This document shows, in pieces, positions 46,901-55,900 of a stretch of DNA of 64,000 nucleotides. Made by a program: the position numbers and the translations under genes. Origin of the DNA: Verrucomicrobiota bacterium (GTDB taxonomy: Bacteria; Verrucomicrobiota; Lentisphaeria; Lentisphaerales; Lentisphaeraceae); contig JBDKFG010000002.1 in the NCBI GenBank assembly GCA_039798785.1, positions 60,853-124,852 of the forward strand, written 5' to 3'. Positions within the stretch are counted from its first letter, which is position 1. Each line of letters begins with the position of its first letter. Below the pieces are notes generated by a model. That model made no database searches. It worked only from the letters and a program-made list of their open reading frames with translations, and was not told where the DNA came from.

Positions 46901-49900
46901 ACGGCCAGACGGTGAATGTACAAGCCAGCGTCGCTGGCGATCAGATCACTCTCGTCCCGAGCGCCTCGCTTGAGGAAGGTTACTACACCCTCGCCGTCCA
47001 CCTTGCCGACGAAGACGGCCTCGCCTCTGACTTCAACCTGGCCTTCACCATCGACCGCACTGCCCCGGTGGCGCCCACCGTCAACGAACCCGGCACCGTC
47101 GCCACTCCCTATGTCGACTTCCAAGGCACCAAGGAAGCCGGTAGCGGCATCCGCCTCGGCGAGTTCATCGTCGTCCCCGTCGATGACTCCACCACCTGGA
47201 GCTACCGCTTCTACGGCCTCCTGGAAGGCTTCAACGACTTCGCCTTCTCCGCTGTCGACCGCGCCGGCAATATCGGCGCCGTCCGTAGCGCTCGCGTCGG
47301 CTACGGCGACACCCCGCCGGGACTGGTCAGCACCCTGACCCTTGATCCCCGACTCGATGGCACCAGTGTCAATCTTGCCTGGCCTGCCTACGATGTGGTC
47401 GCCAATGGCGATGACATTGTCCGCTACGATGTCTATGCCGCCCCCCAAGCCTTCACCTCGATCGCGGGCATGACCAAGGCCACCAGCAGCAGCGTCAAGT
47501 CAGCCACCGTCACCGGTCTGGCCCGCAACACCCCGGTCTTCCTCGCCGTCGTCGCCGTCGACCGTGCCGGTCACTTCCAGGAAGCTGTCCAGTCCATCGA
47601 GACCACTCCCGTCGACATCCAGCCACCCGCCGAGATCGCCAATGTCATCGTCTCGCCGTCTTCCGACAGCTTGGCCTTGAACTGGAACGCTTCCAGCTCC
47701 GCCGATTGCAGCGCCGTACTGATCTTTGTCGATGGCGCCTCACAGCCCGCCCTCAACATCCCGGCTGGAACCAACGCGGCCACAGTCGCCGGACTCAGCC
47801 CGGACTCAGCTCACCAGTTGCTTCTCGTCGCCCTCGACGGCTCGGGCAACCGCTCCTCTGGTGTTCAGCTCGCTGCATACACCCTGATGCCCAACCCGAG
47901 CGGCCTCCAAGCCGATGCTGGCGATGCCCAAGTCCGCCTGACTTGGAACGCCGTCGCCCACCCAGAATACCTGTCGAAGTACCGCGTCTACCTCGCCACC
48001 AGCAACTTCAGCTCGGTTTCCGGCATGACGCCGCGCGCCGAAAGCACCGGCACCAGCCTTTCCCTCGCCGGCCTCGTCAATGGCCAGACCTACTTCGCCG
48101 CCGTCACCGCCGTCAACAAGTCAGGCGCCGAGACCACTCAGGTCCAGACCATCTCCTTCGCCCCGGTCGCCGACACCCAAGGCCCGGTGATCTCCGGTCT
48201 CGCTCTCGACGGCGCCGCCGTCGTCCCCGCTCTCAGCGTCGGCAAGGGCGGCACCTTCGTCCTCACCGCCAACGATCCCTCGGGACTCTCCCGCGCTGAA
48301 TTCGCCCTCGAAGGCCGCAGCCTCTCCGATCTCAACCCCGCCGACGGCCTCGCTGCCACTTTCGACCTGCTGTCGCTCGCCGACGGCGCCAAGACCATCA
48401 GCGTCAAGGTCTACGACAACAAGGGCAACTTCAGCACCCAGAGCTTCTCCTTCACCTTCGCTCTTGCCGTCCCCGATTTCAGCCCCAGCATCACCAGCCC
48501 TGCCAATGCAGCTCTGCTCAACCGTGAAGAGCAGTCGGTCACCGTCCAAGGCCGCTCCGGTGTCAATTTCAAGCTTTACCTGAACGGCGCACCCGTCGGC
48601 AGCAAGACCCCCGATGCCAGCGGCAAAGCCAGCTTCACTGTCATCCTCCAGCCCGGCGCCAACACCCTCAAGGCCTGCGCCTTCAACCGCGCTGGCGAAG
48701 GCGCCTTCAGCCCGGAAATCAGCGTCACGCTCGATAAAACCGTCCCGGTCGCGCCACAGAACTTCAGCGCCACCGCCAAGGAGCAAGGACAGATCGCTCT
48801 CGCCTGGAGCAAGTCGGACGCTGCTCCTATCCAGGGCTTCCGCCTCTACCGTGCCCGCCAAGCGTTCACCCAACCCTTTGAAGGCACCCTGATCCAGACC
48901 CTGGCCGACAACGCCCGATCCTTCACCGACCTGCCCGCCGAAGACGGCCTCTGGTACTACCGCGTCAGCATGGTCAACCTCGCCGGCACCGAAGGCGAAC
49001 TCTCAAGCTTGGCCTCCGCCAAGTCCGACCGCATCGCCCCGCAGGCACTCAGCGTCGAGTACACTCCCCAAGGCCCCGCCATCGGCAACCGCTTCGGTCC
49101 CGGCCTGGTCGGCGTCAAAGTCACGGTCAGCGAAACCCTCCTCGCCACCCCCTTCCTCTCCATCGTGCCGGAAGGCGGCGTGCCCATGTCGGTGGAGCTC
49201 ACCAAGACCTCGGACACAGTCTTCACCGGCTCCTTCCGCATCGCGTCTTCCACTCCTAGCGGCACCGCCTTCGCCGTTCTCTCCGCCCGCGACTTGGTGG
49301 GCCAGCGTGGCACCGATGTCCTCGCCGGCAAATCCTTCACCATCGACACCCAAGGACCCATCCTCAGCGGCATCGTCTTTTTGCCCGGCAAGACCGTGCA
49401 GAACAAGGCCGATGCCCCAGTCACTCTGACTGTGCAAGCCCACCTTGATCAGGCCCCCAAGGCCGGCACCCAGCCGACCTTCACCTGGAGCCTGTCGAAA
49501 TCCCAACCCGACGCCCAGCCCGTCACCGAGCTCAGCGGCAGTGGCCAGGACTGGAGCTTCCAGATTCCCCTCAGCGCCCAAGCGGGTCAAGAAACGGAAG
49601 AGCTGCGCATCGGCTTCTCCGCCGAAGACGATCTCGGCAACCGTTCGTCGGTCGCCAGTGTTCCCCCTGTTGCGCAGATCTACCAGGGCGAACTGCCGCC
49701 GCCCCTGAGCCCCTTCGGCTTCACCGGCAAATCCCTCCCGGCCGGCAATGTCGAACTCAAATGGCTCGCGGTTGAAGGCGTCTCCGGCTACCGCGTCTTC
49801 CGTCAGAGCGCTCCGGGCGCCCAGAAGGAAGTGGCGGCCGATGTCGATGCCGCCACCCTGACCTACACCGATCTACCCGCTGCTGATGGCAACTACATCT

Positions 49901-52900
49901 ACTCCCTCGCCTCCGTCCGCAGCGAGAATAATCAGGAATCCATCGCCCTCGACGCCGAGACCCTGACTCTGGTCTCCGACCGCACCGCCCCCCCGGCCCC
50001 CACGGACCTCAGCCTGGAACTGCTCGCCGAAGGCATCCGCATGACTTGGGTCGCCCCCGCCCAGCCCGGCGAACCGATCACCTACTCCCTCTTCAAGGCA
50101 GGCCAGCCGATCAGTGACGCCAGCGGCCTGACTGCCCTCGCCAAGGGCCTCACCCAGCTCAGCGCCATCGACCCCAATCCCAACCCCGCTCTGCGCAACT
50201 ACTCCGTCTGCGCCGTTGACGCCGTCGGTAACCTCTCCGCTCCCGCCCCCTCGCAGGCTCTCAATGTCCAGCTCCTGCCGGTCAGCACCCTGAGCCTCAA
50301 TCAGCTCGATGGCAAAGCCCCCGTGGTCTCCTGGACCCACCCCGGCGGTGCCAGCATCCGTGAATTCCAAGTCAGCTCCGGTAGCCAAACCGCCAAAGTC
50401 ACCCAGTCGCCCTTCACCGACGGCACTTGGACCAACAGCCTCACCAGCCGCACCTACTCCGTGGCTGCCGTTGACGACCTCGGCGCCGTGTCCCTAGCTC
50501 GCGACATCACTCTGCCCACTCTGGAAGTCATCCTGCTACCCGGCCAAGCCTTGCAGCGCGGCCTGATGAACCGCGTTCAGGGCAGCGTCCGCAACCTCTC
50601 CGGCGCTGCCATTCCTGCCGCGTCCTTGCGTCTGCAATTGGGTGTCGGCGTCTATGAGTCCGCCGTTCAGGAAATCCCGGCCGGTGCCGAAACCAGCTTC
50701 GCCATCACCGTTCCCGGCCTGCCCTCGCTCGTCTCAACCCAGAGCGGCGTCCTTTCCTGCCGCATCCTGCCCGTCCCCGGCACCAGCGTCAGCATTGCCA
50801 GCAGTGTCTCCCTGCCGGTCACCGATGGCACCCTGCCCATCGAAATCACCGGCGGCAATCTAGTCAAAGGCGTCGGCGGCAAGGTCGCCTTCACCCTCCG
50901 CAACCCCTCCGCTGAAGACATCGAGATCGTCACCGCCACCAATGGCGGCGATTCCTCCCAGGTTCGCTTCCGCCTCGTCGATGCCGAAGGCAACACCCTC
51001 GCCACCAGCGCCCTGAAACAGCTTGTCGGCCCCGATCTCGTCGCCCTCTCCAGCGGCTTCACCGTCGCTCGCTTGGCCTCCGGCTCCCTCTACAGCTCGC
51101 CCGAAACCGATCTCTTCGTCCCTAGCAGCGCGCCGGACACCGTCTTTGTCCTCGTCGAGATCGACGCCATCCACCACCACCTCGGCAAGCCCGACGCAGT
51201 GAGCCTTCCCTCCCTTCGCGCCCGCCGCGAAATCTCCCTCGTCAGCACTGCCTACAGCGCCATCGTCGACGCCGTCACCCCCAGCGTTTCCCGTGGCACC
51301 GATCCCGTCACCATCACCGGCCGCGCCCTCGACCGCAGTAACCAGCCCATCGGCGATGTCGCCGTCAAAGTGGGAGTCAGCGTCGACGGCTTCGACCGCG
51401 TCTACGATGTCCGCTCCCAGGCCGACGGTTCCTTCTCACTCGTCTTCACCCCCGTCAATGGCGAAGCTGGCCTGCACCAAGTTTGGGCCGTCCACCCCGA
51501 CCGCAAAGACAAGTCCTACCAAGCTTCATTCACCATCGCTGCCGTCGCCGTCAGCCCCGGCTCCTGGGATCTCACACTTCCCTACGACATCCCCTACGAG
51601 CTTCCTGTCGAAATCCGCAGTGCTTCCGGCACCGTCCTAAACCACCTCCGCCTGGAAGTCGACGGGGCTCTGCCCGCCGGCCTGCATGCCGAGCTGCCCA
51701 GCTTCCCCGCGCTGGCCGCCGCCGGCCAGAGCTTCAGCGCCAAGATCAAGGTCTGGGGCGAAACCGGCATTCCGGCGCTCCAGGAGATCCGCTTCAAGGT
51801 CCTCAGCGACGAAGGGGAATGGGCCGTCCGTCAGCTCAAGCTCTCCTTGGTCGAGCAAAGCCGCTCCGCCTATCTCAGACCCGAGCAGAACTCCCTCAAG
51901 ACCGGCTTGGCTCAGAACCAGACTGCCACTCACGCACTCAAGTTCACCAGCGCTGGCAACCTCGCGGCCAACGCGCCCAGCTTCCGCCTTCTCGATGATC
52001 AGGGCAACCCCGCCCCCTCATGGCTCTTCATCTCTTCCGTTCAGCCTCCTGCTCTGCTGAATCCCGGCGAAAGCACCAGCGTCCAGATCTCGCTCTCTCC
52101 TGGAGCCAATATTCCGGAAGCCAACTACCTCTTCAGCCTCGAAGTCAGCGCCGCCAACGCCGCCGCCTACCGCATCCCGCTGCTGATCACCGTCTCCAAC
52201 TCCCAAACCGGCAATGTCCTCTTCAAGGTCTCGGATATCTACACCGCCACCCTCAACTCTCAGGGCGAAGTCATCGAAGGCCTCAAGGACGCCACCATCA
52301 CCATCCAGAAGGACGGCGTCATCCTCGACAACCTGCCCATAGGCACCACCGACATCGCGGGCGAAGCTCTGCTCCAGAATCTCCCCATCGGCCACTACTC
52401 CTACACCGCCAAGGCCACCGGCCACACCAGCAAGGCCGGCACCTTCTGGGTCTATCCCGGCACCACCAGCACCCAGCCCGTCCACCTTGATTCCCAGCTC
52501 ATCACCGTCGAATGGTCGGTCGTCCCCACCAGCATCAAAGACAAGTACGACATCGTCCTGAACACCACCTTCGCCACCTCCGTCCCAGCGGCCGTGGTCA
52601 CAGTCGAACCCGCCGCCATCAACCTTCCCGACAACATGAAGGCTGGCCAGACCTACACCGGCGAGTTCAAGTTCACCAACCACGGCCTGATTAGGGCCGA
52701 TCAGGTCAAATTCAACCTACCCGCCTCGGACAGCCTCTTCAAGTTCGAAACCCTCGGCACTCTTCCCGACAAGATCGAAGCCGGCCAAACTCTCTATCTC
52801 CCCTACCGCATCACCTGCGTCAATCCTGGTTCCTTAAGTGCAGGCTCTGGGGGTGGGACAGGAGCAGATCTGGACCCCAACTTCGATCCCAATCTCGACC

Positions 52901-55900
52901 CTGATCCTGATGATGAAGAAGAGGAAGGCGAAGAAACGGTTTCAACAACTAGTTGGACGGAATATGTCGGTCCATGTAAACATGTTTTGAAAGTCTGTAC
53001 TTTGAGCAGCGTCATGAGATGCGCTAATGGTGTTGAAACTCCGCTGCCGCAAGTTACGACGGCAAGTTACGCACGCTTTGGGACCGGCTGTGATGGCCCG
53101 CCGAGCTCAGGTGGTAGTGGCGGTAGTTTCGGAGACTTTGTCATCTCCGGGGGGGGCGGCGGTTGGTCCGGCACCGCCACCGGCGGCACTAGTGGTCCAA
53201 ACCTGCCGGTCATATCCTTCCCCGGCCAGACAATCCCGACCGTTGGCGGATCAGGAGTCAGCGGCTGCGAGATCGTAGTAGTTGACTCTGAATGCCATGA
53301 AATCGATGCCGATAGCCTGATCGACCTGATTGGCTGCGGCGTGGATCGACTTTCGGGCAACTACACCGATGGAGCTTCCAGTGATGATGCATTGCTCGAC
53401 CTAGAAACCGAAACTTTCGGCTACACCGTGGCCCTGCAACGAACCTGGAGCAAAGGCCGTTGGCGCTTCGAGCACGACAATAAAAATCTCACTTTCGCGA
53501 TCAAAAAAGATGCCTCAAACCGTCTTGTCATCACCGATTTGACCCGTAACGGCATCAAGTATTCCGCCCCAGAAGCCTTCATCTCCAATTCCAATCAAGC
53601 GCTTGAACTTACTGGCGTCACAGATGCGGCGGGCAGCGTCTATCACTATTGCCCCGATGGCTATCGTGCCAACAACAGCTCCCTTCGTTTCGATCCGCAG
53701 GAAGGCCGCTGGAACTACCGCAATGCCTTCACCGGCAAGGAATGGTTCGATGCCAAAGGGCGTTGCCTAGGCTATGGTGATGGCACCAAAGTCGCAGTAA
53801 TCTTCGATCGCGACGAGAGCGGTTTTGTCGCCGCCATCAAGAATCGGAAAGGTGTCGTTCTCTTCACCCTCACCCACGACGCTCAAGGTCACCTCACCTC
53901 CGCCAAAGACCGCGAAAACCGCGAAGTCAAATATACATGGGAAGGAGATCGCCTTCTCACCTACACCAACCCCATGGGGGAGGTCCTTAGCTATGGCTAT
54001 GATCTAAATGGCAGAATTATTTCTAAGACTTCGCCAGAAGGGGTCGGAACCGTTGTTGAATACTACACGGATGGGCGTGTCGCGAAGGTCACTGAAGGTG
54101 ACACTTCTCATAGCTATTCTTGGCACTACGATTCTGCAAAGAGCCTGCTTGTCTGCACCGTCAAGGACTCGGATGGAGGAATTGAAGAAACCTGGATGAC
54201 CAATAGTGGCAACGTGGTGAGAGCAGACTTCAACGGTCGTACCGTCTATAAACTTGATGTCGGTGACCGCGAATCCGTCGTCACCGATGCACAGGGGCTT
54301 CAGACAATCCACAAGTTTGACGACTTCAAAAACATTGTTGAGACTCGCAATTCTGACGGAACTGTGGAATCCTTCAAACACGGTGTCGAAGCTTCGCAAC
54401 TCAATGAAGAGACCTCGCCCACTGGCATCAAGGTGAAATATGAATACGACGGAAACTACAATCTTACCCGCGAATTGTATGGCGAAGGCACACCGTTCCA
54501 GTTCGAAAATCTCTACGAATATGACGCTGAAGATCAGCTCATCAAGACTACTCGCCGCTCGCCCGGACTTCCGGATCGTGTCAGCAGCACATCCTACGAT
54601 AACGATGGCCATGTCGTCTCCGAGACAGACGAAGAAGGGGAAATCACCACCATCCTGGCTCGCAACTCTCTTGGCCAGCCGCTTGAAATCAAGGACTCCA
54701 ATGGTTTGACGAGCCGCATGGAATACGACCTCAACGGCAGGTTGATTAAAACCATTGATGGCCTGGGGCGAACCCAGCTGACTGAGTGGAATAAAGATTC
54801 CCTGCCGCACCGAGTCACTGACGCCAAAGGAAAAGTCAAGACCAACACCTTCTCTGCCCGTCGCCTGCTCACCGGCACAACCGACCGCCGTGGCGGAGAG
54901 ACCAAAATAAGCTACTCCCCTGAACTGCAGCCGCTCAAGATCACTCGTCCCGACGGCAGCGTAAGCCAGTTCGAATATGATGCGCAGGGCAGGATGATCG
55001 CCTCTACGACAGGCGGCATCCGCACCACCATTGCCTACTCGGATGATCCTTCGGCTGACCCGCTCAAGCCGGTCAGCATCACCGCCGGAGATCGCGTCCT
55101 CAGCTTCAGCTATGATAACTTCGGCCGCCTTGTCAAGTCTTCGGTCGGTACAGCCACCGAGCCGGAAAAAATGTGGACTCGCCAAACCTGGAACGAACTC
55201 GGTCTGATCACCGCCAAGGAAGAGTCCACTGGGCAACTCCTTCGCTTCGAATATGACCAGATGTTGAACATCACGGCTACATGGCTTCGTCCTGCCGCCG
55301 ATCAGCCGGAACAACTGGTCTCTCGCCAACAATTCAACGCCTTCGGGGATGTCGTCGCCAGCATCGATGCCGCCGGTAAACAGACTAACTATGCCTACAG
55401 CCCCTCCGGCCGCCTCGTCTCCATCACCACGCCCGAAGGTCGCCAGATCGCCTACGCACAGCAACGCCTTCCGGATGGCGGCGAACAACGCACTGAGACC
55501 TACCCCAAAGGCAATAAGCGCGTCACCCGCATCGATGCCCAAGGCCGTGTCGTCAATGTCAGCATCTTCGCCTCTGGAGTGGCTCAAGCCGAGTCGTCCT
55601 GGACCTACGAATACGATGAGCTAGACCAAGTCACTGCGATCAAGGATGCCGCTGGCCAAGTCCTGAAGTCTTTCGCCTACGACGAAGAAGGCGCTGTCAC
55701 CAGCGCTTCCAGCCGCATCGGCGGCCAGCTCTTCACTGAAAGCTACCGCTACGCCGTCAGCGGCCGCCTAGAGTCCATGACTCGTGTCGATGGAGCTCAA
55801 GTCGGCTTTGCCTATGACGAGGAAGGCCGTTTGGTCTCCTTGAACAGCGCCTCACTTGGCCAGGTCAACTTCGCCGATTTCTTCGGCGACAGCCCCCGCC

